A DNA stretch of 64,000 nucleotides from Acidobacteriota bacterium (GTDB lineage Bacteria; Acidobacteriota; Thermoanaerobaculia; UBA5066): the NCBI GenBank assembly GCA_036759345.1, contig DAIOUV010000012.1, forward strand, positions 7,310 to 71,309, given 5' to 3'. Of the stretch, positions 48,579 through 58,655 are shown one piece after another; the first letter of the stretch is position 1; each line of letters begins with the position of its first letter. The notes under the pieces were generated by a model. The model was not told the DNA's origin. It did no database searches and saw nothing but the letters and a program-made list of their open reading frames with translations. Both the position numbers and the translations under genes were made by a program.

Positions 48579-49645
48579 GCGCGTCCCCGAATACTCCAGG
48601 TCTACCGGCTCCATCGGCCGCACCGGCCTCCAGGACGAACCGCATCGGCCTGCCGAAGGCCAGCTACGAAGGCGGAAAGTCCACGCTGTGCCTCGGCTGC
48701 GGGCACGACGTCATCACGAAACAGATCATCAACGCGTTCTACGAGATGGGGATCGAGCCCCACAAGGTCGCGAAGTTCTCGGGGATCGGCTGCTCGTCGA
48801 AGACGCCGGCCTATTTCCTGAACCGCGCCTGGGGCTTCAACGGCGTTCACGGCCGGATGCCGTCCATCGCGACCGGCGCCCTCGTGGCGGACCCCACGCT
48901 CCACGGCATCGGCATCTCCGGCGACGGTGACACGGCCTCCATCGGCATCGGCCAGTTCGTCCACCTCGTGAGGCGGAACCTGCCGCTCGTCTACATCATC
49001 GAGGACAACGGCGTGTATGCCCTCACGAAGGGCCAGTTCTCGGCCACCGCGGATCTCGGTGCGAAACAGAAGGGCGGCGCCGTGAACGAGTTCATCCCGA
49101 TCGACTGCTGTTCGCTGGCGATCGAGCTGGGCGGCACGTTCGTGGCCCGTTCGTTCTCCGGCGACATGAAACAGCTCCAGACGATCCTCCAGGCGGCCAT
49201 CGCCCACAACGGCACCTCGGTCATCGACGTCATCTCCCCGTGCGTGACCTTCAACGACCACGAGGGTTCCACGAAGAGCTACAAGTATTCCAAGGAGCAC
49301 GAGACGCCCGTCCACGAGATCGGCTTCGTCCCGTTCTTCGAGGAAACCCTTGCCCAGATCCCCGTGGGCGACACGAAAGACGTGGCATTCCCGGACGGGA
49401 GCGTCCTCAAGTTCCGGGGCGTGGGCCGCGATTACGACCCGACCGACAAGGAAAAGGCGCTGAAGACCATCCACGAGAGCCACGGGAAAAAGGAGATCCT
49501 CACCGGGATACTGTATATCGATCCGTCGAAGCCTTCCCTCACCGAGACACTCGGCTCCACCGGCGAGCCCCTGACCAATCTGCCCCTCGAAAAGCTCCGG
49601 CCCGGCCGCGAAGCGCTCGACGAGATCATGGAGTCACTGCGCTGA
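48575..49645 (+). CDS. korB: 2-oxoacid:ferredoxin oxidoreductase subunit beta (TPP-binding)
   Basis: TPP-binding GDGD...N motif (GISGDGDTASIGIGQF...EDNGVYALTKGQ). ATG overlaps the korA stop (ATGA). Confidence 0.88.
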   Translation: MSASPNTPGLPAPSAAPASRTNRIGLPKASYEGGKSTLCLGCGHDVITKQIINAFYEMGIEPHKVAKFSGIGCSSKTPAYFLNRAWGFNGVHGRMPSIATGALVADPTLHGIGISGDGDTASIGIGQFVHLVRRNLPLVYIIEDNGVYALTKGQFSATADLGAKQKGGAVNEFIPIDCCSLAIELGGTFVARSFSGDMKQLQTILQAAIAHNGTSVIDVISPCVTFNDHEGSTKSYKYSKEHETPVHEIGFVPFFEETLAQIPVGDTKDVAFPDGSVLKFRGVGRDYDPTDKEKALKTIHESHGKKEILTGILYIDPSKPSLTETLGSTGEPLTNLPLEKLRPGREALDEIMESLR

Positions 49646-49655
49646 CGGCCATCGC

Positions 49656-51545
49656 TTAGCGCTTCCCCTCGCCCTTTTCGGGCTTGCCCTTGTTTTCCTT
49701 CGTGCTCTTGTCGTCCTTCCCGCGTGAGGAGGCCTGGAGGGGGTCGGGACCCGAAGGCGCCACGCGGCGCGGCGCGCGGCTGACGGCGCGCCTCTCGGCC
49801 TGGGGCTGCTGCTGAACCTGCGGCTCGACCCGAGGAGCCGGGCGGGCCTGCTCGACGCTTCTCGGAGCCGTCACCGCGCCCGGCGCCACGCGCATCGGCG
49901 GTGCGTTCTCGCGCGAGGCGGACGGATGCGAAATGAACGGGGCCTGCGGCGACGCGAGCGCGCGTCCGCCGGCCCGGATTGGGTCTGGCGGCGGCGCATC
50001 GACGGCGTCGCGGCGCGGCGCGAGCTCCACACGGCCGGCGTCCCGGGTGACGGGCCGGATCGGAACCGCAGCCCGAACGCCAGCCTTGGATTGAATGGCG
50101 AGGCTGCCCGCAGCGGCCGGTGTCATTGGAGCCCCGCCGTTAGCGCGAATGGCGTTGAGCTTCTCCGTGAAGGCGGGCGGAGCGGGCGGCGGAGCGAGAC
50201 GGGCCGCTACGGCGCGCGCCGCGATCCGATCGGGCGGGCGAATGCCGGGGCCCGCGACGAACGCGGGACGGATGGACTGCGGCGTCGGGAGGATGGGAAG
50301 TGGCCCGCGAAGAACGGGCTGTTTCCCGAGTTCCTGGACGATCTTGGTGTCCCGGACGCGACCGGCCTGTGCCGGCTGCCCTCCGACGAACGAGCCGTGG
50401 TTCACGACGGTGACAAAGGCGCGATTGGAGTAGGCGACGTTCTGGGGGCCGATCGGCGCGCGGGCCTGCCTCCCCCACCACGGAACGAGAGGATCGTGCG
50501 GGCCAAGGGGGAACCAGCCCACGAAGCCGCCGCCGCCGATCGAGACCGAACCGGACCAACCCGGACCGCCTCCCACGAAGGCCACGAGCGCCGGAGCGTA
50601 GGCAACGTGCCGCACGTTAGGAGAGACCGGCACCCAGTACCACCGTGAAGCGCGCGTGATCCAGCGCCCGTAGTGGTAAGGAGCCCAGCCCCAAGGCTCG
50701 TCCGAGACCCAGGTCCAGCCCCACGGGTCCTGCCAGATCCAGCGCCCGACCCGATACGGCGCCCAGTCCGCGCCCACGTTCGCAGGCGCCCAGACGTGAC
50801 CGTACTCGGGCACGTCCTCCCACTGCCCGTAGGCGTCGAGATCGGACGCGCCGAGGATGTCTTCGCTGGCATAGTCGTACGACGTGACCACGTGCCGGCG
50901 CTTCTCGCGCGAGTCCACCCAGCGATCCCACGAGTCGGCGAGCGGAAGGGCGAACACGTCGTATTCCGGCGCGTCGAGGCCGTCGACGTGCATCTCCTCG
51001 CCCGTCCGAAGCGATACCTCGCCGCCGCCCGCCGCCACGCGCGCCTCTCCGCGCCGGACGGAAACGCGCGTGTTCCCCTCCGCGTCGACGCTGACGCGGT
51101 ACAGGCCCGTCACCTCCAGCGTGATGGCCGCGTTCGGCGTGTCGATCTCGATGACGTCTTCGTCGTCGCGGTGCGAGAGCCGGAACGTCGCCGTCCCCTG
51201 CGAGATCGAGTACTGCTGGACGTCTTCGGTCAGGTTGAGCGTCGTGAGCTCGGTCCCGGGAGCCACGAACGCGCGCAGTCCGGGTGCCTCCAGCTCGAGG
51301 CGCCCCGTCGGGCTCGCGTAGACGCGGTCGCCGATCGTCAGCGGAACGTTCACGGCCAGCGGCTGCCAGTGGTCGGGGTCGTCTCCGCGTTGGAGCGAGG
51401 ATTCACCAGTCAGCCATGCAACCCGGGCGACAGTCTGTTGAAAATCCTGCTCGTCGCCGGCGCCCTGCGCGAGAAGCCCGGGTGCCGCGGCGACCGCGAG
51501 AACGGCGGAAATAATGAGGAGATTGCGGGGCGAGACGAGGCGCAT
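49656..51545 (-). CDS. secreted FecR-domain protein with Trp-rich WxxGxW-type repeats and Pro/Lys-rich tail
   Basis: ATG at 51545 gives signal peptide MRLVSPRNLLIISAVLAVAAAPGLLA. FecR-like beta region. Repeated W-containing motifs (WAPYRVGRWIWQDPWGWTWVSDEPWGWAPYHYGRW). C-terminal K/E/G-rich tail. Confidence 0.6.
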   Translation of the reverse strand: MRLVSPRNLLIISAVLAVAAAPGLLAQGAGDEQDFQQTVARVAWLTGESSLQRGDDPDHWQPLAVNVPLTIGDRVYASPTGRLELEAPGLRAFVAPGTELTTLNLTEDVQQYSISQGTATFRLSHRDDEDVIEIDTPNAAITLEVTGLYRVSVDAEGNTRVSVRRGEARVAAGGGEVSLRTGEEMHVDGLDAPEYDVFALPLADSWDRWVDSREKRRHVVTSYDYASEDILGASDLDAYGQWEDVPEYGHVWAPANVGADWAPYRVGRWIWQDPWGWTWVSDEPWGWAPYHYGRWITRASRWYWVPVSPNVRHVAYAPALVAFVGGGPGWSGSVSIGGGGFVGWFPLGPHDPLVPWWGRQARAPIGPQNVAYSNRAFVTVVNHGSFVGGQPAQAGRVRDTKIVQELGKQPVLRGPLPILPTPQSIRPAFVAGPGIRPPDRIAARAVAARLAPPPAPPAFTEKLNAIRANGGAPMTPAAAGSLAIQSKAGVRAAVPIRPVTRDAGRVELAPRRDAVDAPPPDPIRAGGRALASPQAPFISHPSASRENAPPMRVAPGAVTAPRSVEQARPAPRVEPQVQQQPQAERRAVSRAPRRVAPSGPDPLQASSRGKDDKSTKENKGKPEKGEGKR

Positions 51546-51631
51546 GACGCTCCTTTGCGCATCCGGCCAGGGCCGAACCGCGCGGCGTCTCCAGTCCGTG
51601 CAAGAAGCGAGCCGATCGTGTCCCGGCAGGC

Positions 51632-51946
51632 TCAGCGGATTCGCAGGCAGGACTCGCGGGCGCGGAGCGCCGCCACGCGGTTCACGTAATCGAGCCACAG
51701 CTCGCGCGGCACCGTCTCGGCCGAGGGCACGAGATGGAAGCGACCCCACTCCGACAGCTCCTGCCCGCCGCGGTCCAGGAACTCGCGGCAGTCTTTCATC
51801 TGGCCCGTGCGCGCGAGGTACAACCCGAAACCCGTGAGGGCGACGGCCGTGCTCACGCCGCCGAACGCGTACTGGACGCCGCGGTTGTCCGGGTTGTTCA
51901 GGGTGCCGGACGTGAAGGCGAGCACGGCGGCCGCGGAGCCGATCAC
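51632..51946 (-). CDS. hypothetical small membrane protein (may be the 3' part of a frameshifted lipoprotein gene)
   Basis: GTG start at 51946 gives 104 aa with two hydrophobic segments. Immediately upstream, another frame holds a lipoprotein-like N-terminus with no canonical start. Confidence 0.35.
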   Translation of the reverse strand: MIGSAAAVLAFTSGTLNNPDNRGVQYAFGGVSTAVALTGFGLYLARTGQMKDCREFLDRGGQELSEWGRFHLVPSAETVPRELWLDYVNRVAALRARESCLRIR

Positions 51947-52242
51947 GTAGACCTTGCGGTAAAGGCTGAGCTCCTTCTCTTCCTGGCGCTTCGTGCGGTC
52001 CTTCAGGTCCTGCAGCTCGTCATTGAGGAAGAGGTCCAGCTCGGTCCGAAAGGCCCTCGAACGACGGCTCCGGGGCCTCGCGTTGGAGGGCGAGGCCGGC
52101 CGCGAGAAACGCCTTCTTCTCGACCTTCTGGGTGCTCGAGCAGCCCGAGATCAGGAGAACAGCGATCAGGAGCCTGGCGATCCCCCGGGAGGACAGTTCA
52201 ACACCTCCGGACGGTCTTCAGGAGTCGAAGCAGGATTCGGGC

Positions 52243-54270
52243 CTAAGGCGCCGTCACGATCGGCAGCTCCACGAAGCTCGCCTGACCCGGCGCGTGGTAC
52301 ACGCGCTGCGTCGCCTTCACGTAGTCGCCCGGCTTCGCCCAGAAGATGTCCGGCACGAACGTCTGCGGGTTGCGGTCGTAGAGAGGGAACCAGCTCGACT
52401 GCACCTGCACCATGATGCGGTGGCCCGGCAGGAACACATGGTTCGCGTTCGGGAGCGCGAACGTATAGAGAAGCGGCTTGTCGGGGACGATCGCTTTCGG
52501 CGTCTCGAGGCTCTCGCGATAGCGGCCGCGGAAGATGTCCATCGAGATTGCGAGCTGGTAACCGCCCATGTTGGGCTGCCCGGCCACCTCGGGCGGATAG
52601 ACGTCGATCACCTTCACGACCCAGTCGGAGTCCGTCCCGCTCGTCGACGCAATCAGGTTTGCGATCGGCTGGCCGCTGATCTTCACCGGCGCGGTCAGAA
52701 CCTCCGACCTGAAGACCGCGACGTCGGTGCGCCCGGACGCCTCCCGCTGGTCCGTCACGAGCCACTCCCTCCAGCTCTGTCCCTTGTCGAAGCTGTTCGG
52801 AACGATCGGGCGCGCATGGAACGGCACGGGCTTCGCCGGATCGGAAACGTATTCCTGGAACGCGAGAGCGGACGCGTCGCCTGATACCGGCGCGGCGAAG
52901 CTGAGTTTCGACCCGGAGGCGAGATAGAGAGGCGTCGGCTTCACCGCGCATCCGCTCGCGCATCCGGCCGGCCAGGCGGGCAGCCGCCGCCACGTGTTCG
53001 TCCCGGTCTCGAACGCCGTGACGGGCGCGATGTCCGCCTTCGGCGCGCCGTCCATGAGGTACTGGTCGAGGAAAGGACGCAGGATCTCACGCCGGAACGT
53101 GAGGGAGGTGTCGCTGTTGAATTTGATCGCGCCGAGCGCGCTGCCGTCCTTGATCTCCTGGCCGTGATGCCACGGGCCCATCACGAGAAACACTTTGTCG
53201 TTGCCCGTATCCTTCGGCTTGATGGTCTTGTATACGGCGAGTGCGCCGTAGATGTCTTCCTGGTCCCACAGGCTGTGGACGAGCATCACCGGCACCTTCA
53301 ACGGCTGCGCCGCGAGGATCCGGTCGACCGCCTGGTCGCGCCAGAAGGCGTCATAGCTCGGATGCGCGAGGACCTTCTTCCACATGCCGACCTGCTCCAG
53401 CCCCCGGCGGCGCCCGAGGTCCCCCGCCGATCCCGCTTCCATGAACGTGTCGTAGTCGTCGAAGTGGCTCGTCCACCATTTCTTCTCCGACTTGCGGGTC
53501 ACTTCCTGATCGTAGAAATAAGACATCCCGAGCTGGCGGAAGGCGCCGTTGTGGAACCAGTCGTCGCCCATCCAACCGTCGACCATCGGGTTCATCGGCA
53601 CGGACACTTTGAGCGCCGGATGCGGATTCACGAGCGCCATCAGCGGCAGGAATCCGTCGTACGAGATGCCGAGGATGCCGACCTTGCCGTTCGACTCCGG
53701 CACGTTCTTCACGAGCCAGTCGATCGTGTCGTACGTGTCGGTCGCGTGATCCACCGGCGTCGCGTTCTGCGGCCCGTGCAGTGGGCGGTTCATCACATAG
53801 TCTCCCTCGGAGCCGTGCTTGCCGCGCACGTCCTGCACGACGCGGATGTAGCCGCCCTCGACGATCGTCTCGACGGCGTTGTCATAGCCGTCGAGGCTCG
53901 GGCCGAGGTGCGCGCTTTCGTTGACGGTCGTGAGCTTATCGGCGTCGTAGGGCGTGCGCGTGAGGAGAATCGGCGCGCCCTTTGCGCCCAGGGCCGCCTT
54001 CGGCACGAGGATGACCGTGTGCAGCTTCACGCCGTCGCGCATCGGGATCATCACCTCGCGCCTCACATGGTCGAAGCCGTCGCTCGTCGGCACGAAGTTC
54101 GCCGGCATTTCGCTCGGCAGCGCGGGGTACTGGGCGGCGGGCGGGGCGGGCGATTTCGCCGGCACCGGCACCTGCGCCGCAGAGGCGTTCGCGGCGAGAA
54201 GCGCGGCGGACAGAGTAAGGCACGAAGCCGATGCGTAAACGCGAGCGATCGACTTCACAAAAGGAACCAT
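52243..54270 (-). CDS. CocE/NonD-family (S15 X-Pro dipeptidyl-peptidase-like) alpha/beta hydrolase, secreted
   Basis: ATG at 54270 with GGGAGG ribosome-binding site. Signal peptide. GISYDG nucleophile motif. C-terminal beta-sandwich domain. 675 aa. Confidence 0.8.
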   Translation of the reverse strand: MVPFVKSIARVYASASCLTLSAALLAANASAAQVPVPAKSPAPPAAQYPALPSEMPANFVPTSDGFDHVRREVMIPMRDGVKLHTVILVPKAALGAKGAPILLTRTPYDADKLTTVNESAHLGPSLDGYDNAVETIVEGGYIRVVQDVRGKHGSEGDYVMNRPLHGPQNATPVDHATDTYDTIDWLVKNVPESNGKVGILGISYDGFLPLMALVNPHPALKVSVPMNPMVDGWMGDDWFHNGAFRQLGMSYFYDQEVTRKSEKKWWTSHFDDYDTFMEAGSAGDLGRRRGLEQVGMWKKVLAHPSYDAFWRDQAVDRILAAQPLKVPVMLVHSLWDQEDIYGALAVYKTIKPKDTGNDKVFLVMGPWHHGQEIKDGSALGAIKFNSDTSLTFRREILRPFLDQYLMDGAPKADIAPVTAFETGTNTWRRLPAWPAGCASGCAVKPTPLYLASGSKLSFAAPVSGDASALAFQEYVSDPAKPVPFHARPIVPNSFDKGQSWREWLVTDQREASGRTDVAVFRSEVLTAPVKISGQPIANLIASTSGTDSDWVVKVIDVYPPEVAGQPNMGGYQLAISMDIFRGRYRESLETPKAIVPDKPLLYTFALPNANHVFLPGHRIMVQVQSSWFPLYDRNPQTFVPDIFWAKPGDYVKATQRVYHAPGQASFVELPIVTAP

Positions 54271-54334
54271 GCGTGACCTCCCGTCGGGACGCGGGATCAT
54301 GGCACGAGGGGTGCTCCGGGCGACCCGCCCGCCT

Positions 54335-56194
54335 TCAGAACCAGCCCGGCTTCATCCGCGCGTAACTGTCCTCGTTCTCCCGGCAGAGGGCGGCGAGCAC
54401 CTCGTTCTTCGGAAGCTCCGTCCGGATCCAGTACTGCGCCGCCGCGAGCTTGCCTTCGTAGTGGTCGCGCGAGCCGCCTTCGCGGGCGAGGCCCTCGCGC
54501 GCGGCAGCGGCCTGCAGCAGCCACTGCCACGCGACGGCATAGGTCGAGAAGAGCTCCAGGTAGTCCGCCGAGTGGCGCAGCATCCCGTCCGGATCGCCCG
54601 CGCGGCCGCGGGCGGCCAGCTCCTGCGTCAGTGCGTTCAGGCTCGCGCCGGCTTCGCGCACCGCGGCCACCCAGGACGCGTCCACGCCGGCGACTTCCGC
54701 GCGCCGGCAGGCGAAAAAGACTTCCTTCTCCAGCGCCACCAGCGCCGCGCCGCCGTTCGCCATCACCTTGCGGCCCAGCAGATCGAGGCCCTGTATCCCC
54801 GTCGTTCCCTCGTGGATCGAGTTCAGCTTCTGGTCGCGCAGCCACGCCTCCGGCAGAAACTCGCTCGTGTAGCCATAGCCGCCGTGGATCTGCAGCGCGA
54901 GCGCGTTCGACTCGAAGCCCTTTTCCGCCGGGAAGCTCTTCGCGACCGGCGTGAGGAGGTCGAGGAGGAGCTGTGCGTGTTTCCGCTCCGGCTCGGTGGC
55001 CGCGTGATGCGCGCGGTCCGAAAAGAGCGCGGTCTGGAGGACGAGCGCGAGGCCGCCCTCCACGATCGCCTTCTGGCGCAGCAGCATCCGGCGCACGTCC
55101 GCGTGCTCGAGGATCGGGACCTGCGGCAGCCGCGGGTCCTTGCTCGTGAGGGGCCGGCCCTGGGGCCGCGCAGCGGCGTAGGCGAGGCTCTCCTGATACG
55201 CCGCGGACGCGCTGCCGACGGCGTCCGCGCCGATCGAGATGCGCGCCTCGTTCATCATCTGGAACATGTAGGGAATGCCCTGGTGCGGCTCCCCCACGAG
55301 CCAGCCGTGGCAGTCGCCGGCCTCCCCCAGCGAGAGCAGGACGGCGGGCAGACACCGCCATCCGATCTTGTGGACGAGGCCCGAGATCCGGACGTCGTTC
55401 GGCGCGAGGCCGCCGTCCGTCACGCGGCGCTTCGGCGCGACGAAGAGGCTGACGCCCTTGATGCCGGCCGGCGCGCCGTCGATCCGCGCGAGGACGAGGT
55501 GGACGATGTTCTCCGTGAGGTCGTGATCGCCGCCGGAGATGAAGATCTTCGCACCCGAGAGGAGGAAGTGATCTCCCGCGGGTGTCGCGCGCGTGGCCCG
55601 CGTTGTCACGTCCGCGAGGCTCGACCCGGCGTGCGGCTCGGTCAACGCCATCGTCCCCGAGAAGCGCCCCTCGTAAAGCGGCGTCATGTAGCGCGCCTTC
55701 AGGTCGTCGCTTCCGAACGCCTCGATCAGGTGCGCCGCGCCCGTCGAGAGGCCCGCGAAGCTGTAGACGGCCGGGTTCGCCGCCATGATGTAGAGGTGGG
55801 CCGTCGTGGCGATCGTCAGCGGCAGCTGCTGCCCGCCCACGTCGAACGGCCGCGACGCCGCAAAGACGCCGATCTCGCGCATCTTCGGGTAGATGTCGTG
55901 GAGCCGCCTGTGGGCGAGAACCTGCCCGTCCACGAGCCTCGGCGGCTCCTCGTCCACCGCCTTGAACGCGGGAAACACCGATTCGCGGGCGAACCGGGCG
56001 CACAGGCCGATGTAGGCGTCGAACGTCTCGCGTGAGTGGTCCGCGAAGTGCGGGAGCGCGAGGAGCGACGCGGCGTCGAAGACTTCGTAGAGGAGGAACG
56101 AAACGTCCCGGTCGTTCAGCAGCGGGTTCGTCACGCCAGGGAACGTTACACCGGGAGCGGCACGCGCGGTCGGTGTCGCCCATAGCGCCCTCAC
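54335..56194 (-). CDS. long-form acyl-CoA dehydrogenase family protein
   Basis: ACAD N/middle/C domains (GTMALTEPHAGSSL, IFISGGDHD, ...EGTTGIQGLDLLGRK). GTG at 56194 gives MRALWATPTARAAPGVTFPG. Upstream track residues are R/S-rich junk. Confidence 0.75.
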   Translation of the reverse strand: MRALWATPTARAAPGVTFPGVTNPLLNDRDVSFLLYEVFDAASLLALPHFADHSRETFDAYIGLCARFARESVFPAFKAVDEEPPRLVDGQVLAHRRLHDIYPKMREIGVFAASRPFDVGGQQLPLTIATTAHLYIMAANPAVYSFAGLSTGAAHLIEAFGSDDLKARYMTPLYEGRFSGTMALTEPHAGSSLADVTTRATRATPAGDHFLLSGAKIFISGGDHDLTENIVHLVLARIDGAPAGIKGVSLFVAPKRRVTDGGLAPNDVRISGLVHKIGWRCLPAVLLSLGEAGDCHGWLVGEPHQGIPYMFQMMNEARISIGADAVGSASAAYQESLAYAAARPQGRPLTSKDPRLPQVPILEHADVRRMLLRQKAIVEGGLALVLQTALFSDRAHHAATEPERKHAQLLLDLLTPVAKSFPAEKGFESNALALQIHGGYGYTSEFLPEAWLRDQKLNSIHEGTTGIQGLDLLGRKVMANGGAALVALEKEVFFACRRAEVAGVDASWVAAVREAGASLNALTQELAARGRAGDPDGMLRHSADYLELFSTYAVAWQWLLQAAAAREGLAREGGSRDHYEGKLAAAQYWIRTELPKNEVLAALCRENEDSYARMKPGWF

Positions 56195-56312
56195 GATATC
56201 GGGTTCGACGGCACACGAAAAGGGGTGCTTACGGTAGTCGGCCTCGCGGGCCCTGATCACGGCCGACAGGAAGAGGGCGACCGCGAACGCCTGCTTCGGA
56301 ACCGGCCGTTTC

Positions 56313-56852
56313 CTAAAGCGTCGGCGGGCCGCCTCGAGCCTTAAGGCTGAGCTGCTCGAGCCAGATCTGATGGAACCGCGACATCCGGTTCGGAAACACG
56401 ATGCTCCCGAGCCGCGCCGCCCAGCCGTACTGCGTCTCCTCCGTGAGAATGTGCGCGCCAGCCGGCGTCGGCGTGATCTCCCACGCGTGATACGCGTCGA
56501 CGCCGATTCCGAAAGCGTTCCAGGCGATCCGCTCACAGGGCTCGAACTCGAGAACGGTGGAGCGGATGGCGACGCCGAACGTGCGCCAGGTGAAACGCAC
56601 GCCGAGGGCTAGCTGCGAAGCTCCTCCTTCGACGACGAGATCCTTCGCGTTCGGATACCAGGACGGCCAGAGGGGCGCGCGCACCAGCCACGCCCAAAGA
56701 ACCTCGGGCGCCGCCAGCGTGTCGATCTCGTTCGCGACGTGGACGGGAGCCCGGGCCGGATCGTATTTGTCAGGCCACCGGATCACGGCGCAAGGTGTCC
56801 AACGCCTCGCTGAGCTTCCATCGAGGCAGTCCGCTTCTCCGTGGAGCCGCAA
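56313..56852 (-). CDS. SRPBCC-family (START/Bet v1-like) protein
   Basis: Core EIDTLAAPEVLWAWLVRAPLWPSWYPN. TTG at 56852 per track. An alternative GTG at 56786 gives a 157-aa protein more typical for the family. Confidence 0.65.
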   Translation of the reverse strand: MRLHGEADCLDGSSARRWTPCAVIRWPDKYDPARAPVHVANEIDTLAAPEVLWAWLVRAPLWPSWYPNAKDLVVEGGASQLALGVRFTWRTFGVAIRSTVLEFEPCERIAWNAFGIGVDAYHAWEITPTPAGAHILTEETQYGWAARLGSIVFPNRMSRFHQIWLEQLSLKARGGPPTL

Positions 56853-56861
56853 AACGACTGA

Positions 56862-56901
56862 CCGGGTACGAGAGAGCGGTCGCGCCGCGGCGCGAGTACC
56901 C
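56862..56901 (-). terminator. putative intrinsic terminator downstream of the AIPR-like gene
   Basis: Nested palindromes GGGTAC...GTACCC and CGCGCC-GC-GGCGCG, followed on the minus strand by a TTTT run, 15 nt after the stop. Confidence 0.35.
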
Positions 56902-56915
56902 TGCTTCCTAGGGCC

Positions 56916-58655
56916 CTATAGTTCAGGGAGAGCGCCCTTAACGACGTCCTTGGCAAGGCTGAAGACCTTCCATCGTCCGACGATCTTGCTAGCGATCTTC
57001 TTCCAGGATTCCTGGCTCCGCACCAGGGTTGAGGCTTCCGTGCCCGCTTCGATCAGTTCCTCCATCGCCTCGACATACCACTGAAGCGCTACCGCCGCGT
57101 AGTTTCTGAGACGCCCTTCGGTGGCCTTGCTCACGGCGACCTCGCCCTTGAGTCGATTTAGGAAGGTCTTGCCGTTCCGCTCATGAAGCACGATGGCCAT
57201 GGCAGAGAGAACAAAGAATTTTGCGCCGCGCTTCAAAATCGCAACGCGCTCAGGCAGACCTTTCTGAACGGCCTCTTCGAGCTCTTTCTTCACGAGCTCC
57301 GCCGCCGCGGAGGCAGCCTGGCACACGAGGACGACCTCTTCGGCGCGAATCTGATCTGGGAACACCTCGCCATAGTGTGCAGCGAAGATGCGCCCCTTAT
57401 CTTTGTAGGCGATAGCCGGCATTCCCCTGAAGGCTGCGAGGTATTGCGCCGCGAGATCCGAACGAATGATGCACAGCGCACCCACGCCAGCTCGCTTGAA
57501 CCTCTTCCGTTCCTGAGCGGATAGCTTGCGAGACTCACCCCTCCGAAGCACGTAACAGAAAGGTTGAGGCAGCTCCGCGAGCTGCTTCTTCAACCTCTTT
57601 TGAAGCTTATCCTGCGAACTAAGGTCCCAGACCCGAATTGGATTCTGCGAGTTGGTAAACCTAATAATCGAATCAATGGCGCGCTCGGGCGCCGCGATAA
57701 ACCGCGCAAGAACACGAACCTTTCGGGCCGCAGCCGCGGTCGAGTTCCCGATGGACACAGTAGTTTGACAGCCGTTGACGATGCTGAAGTTCTTGAGTGT
57801 TAGTGCTCCACCGGTCAATTCATAGGTGTCGCAAACGAACGTGACGCCGTTGTTATACGCCCAGAATTTCGGGCGATCGGCCTCGGAATCAATCGTGTCC
57901 CGAATACCGGCGTTCACTCCTCCCTTCTTTGCCCCGAGATACAACCTGACATTGCGGTCAAAGAGACGGTCCCCATGAATCGAATAGAGGTCTCTGAGCT
58001 GTCGTCCATCCAGCGTTGTCACCAGAGCCTCACCGAATTCGCCCTTCTCCTCGAATGCCTTACCGGGCGAACAACTGAGTACGGCCGTCTCGATGCGGCT
58101 CGCTTGAGCGATACGCTCGTTGTGTTCCGCGATGAGGCTCGACAGGCTCACCACGCGACAGGAACGGGACGGCACGTTTCCAGCCTCTGATACGTTGAAC
58201 TGCCGCGCCGTATCGTCAACGTCCTTATGCGGTGCCCCACAGAACACGTAGAGGTACTCCACGGAATACCCATGGGCAATCGCTTCGGCATACTCCCTTG
58301 CGGCTCCGGCGAGGTCGCGACGACCGTCCCTTTCCAAGGACTCCGGGTCCTTCAGCCACTCCGTCGCGTGAATGACCGACAGCAGTTCTGCCTTCTTCGC
58401 CTTGTACATACCAGCCGCGTTGAACTTGAGCTGGCCGATCAGAACTCGCTCAGCGTCCGGCTCGACGAGGAAGAAGTCGATGTCCTTGTCGTTTCCTCCG
58501 TCATACGAGACGGCTTCGTATGCCTCATCTTCTTCTAGGCCCAGGCTCTCGACCGCGTACCACAGTCCGAATGCTTTCCCCTCATTGAGGGAGTAGCTCT
58601 TCCCGTAACGCTTCACTTCCTTTTTGAGATACCTAAGGAACTCTTCCTTCGTCAT
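56916..58655 (-). CDS. abortive-infection phage-resistance (AIPR, PF10592-like) family protein
   Basis: 579 aa with no housekeeping homology. Internal NFSIVNGCQTTVSIG motif (the NGxQT signature recalled from memory, not searched). GC ~57% versus ~70% in flanking genes. Single-gene insertion between kgd and SRPBCC. Confidence 0.55.
   Translation of the reverse strand: MTKEEFLRYLKKEVKRYGKSYSLNEGKAFGLWYAVESLGLEEDEAYEAVSYDGGNDKDIDFFLVEPDAERVLIGQLKFNAAGMYKAKKAELLSVIHATEWLKDPESLERDGRRDLAGAAREYAEAIAHGYSVEYLYVFCGAPHKDVDDTARQFNVSEAGNVPSRSCRVVSLSSLIAEHNERIAQASRIETAVLSCSPGKAFEEKGEFGEALVTTLDGRQLRDLYSIHGDRLFDRNVRLYLGAKKGGVNAGIRDTIDSEADRPKFWAYNNGVTFVCDTYELTGGALTLKNFSIVNGCQTTVSIGNSTAAAARKVRVLARFIAAPERAIDSIIRFTNSQNPIRVWDLSSQDKLQKRLKKQLAELPQPFCYVLRRGESRKLSAQERKRFKRAGVGALCIIRSDLAAQYLAAFRGMPAIAYKDKGRIFAAHYGEVFPDQIRAEEVVLVCQAASAAAELVKKELEEAVQKGLPERVAILKRGAKFFVLSAMAIVLHERNGKTFLNRLKGEVAVSKATEGRLRNYAAVALQWYVEAMEELIEAGTEASTLVRSQESWKKIASKIVGRWKVFSLAKDVVKGALPEL

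Noticed and set aside
51947-52242. Independent gene for the lipoprotein-like N-terminus
   Set aside because: The frame has no ATG/GTG/TTG after the preceding stop, so it cannot be called as a standalone CDS. Reported instead as a possible frameshift or non-canonical start.
56899-56904. CCTAGG motif near the AIPR insertion, echoing the CTAGG/CCTAG palindromes at 871-925
   Set aside because: A single 6-bp palindrome is expected by chance. There is insufficient evidence for a shared att site or recombination signal.
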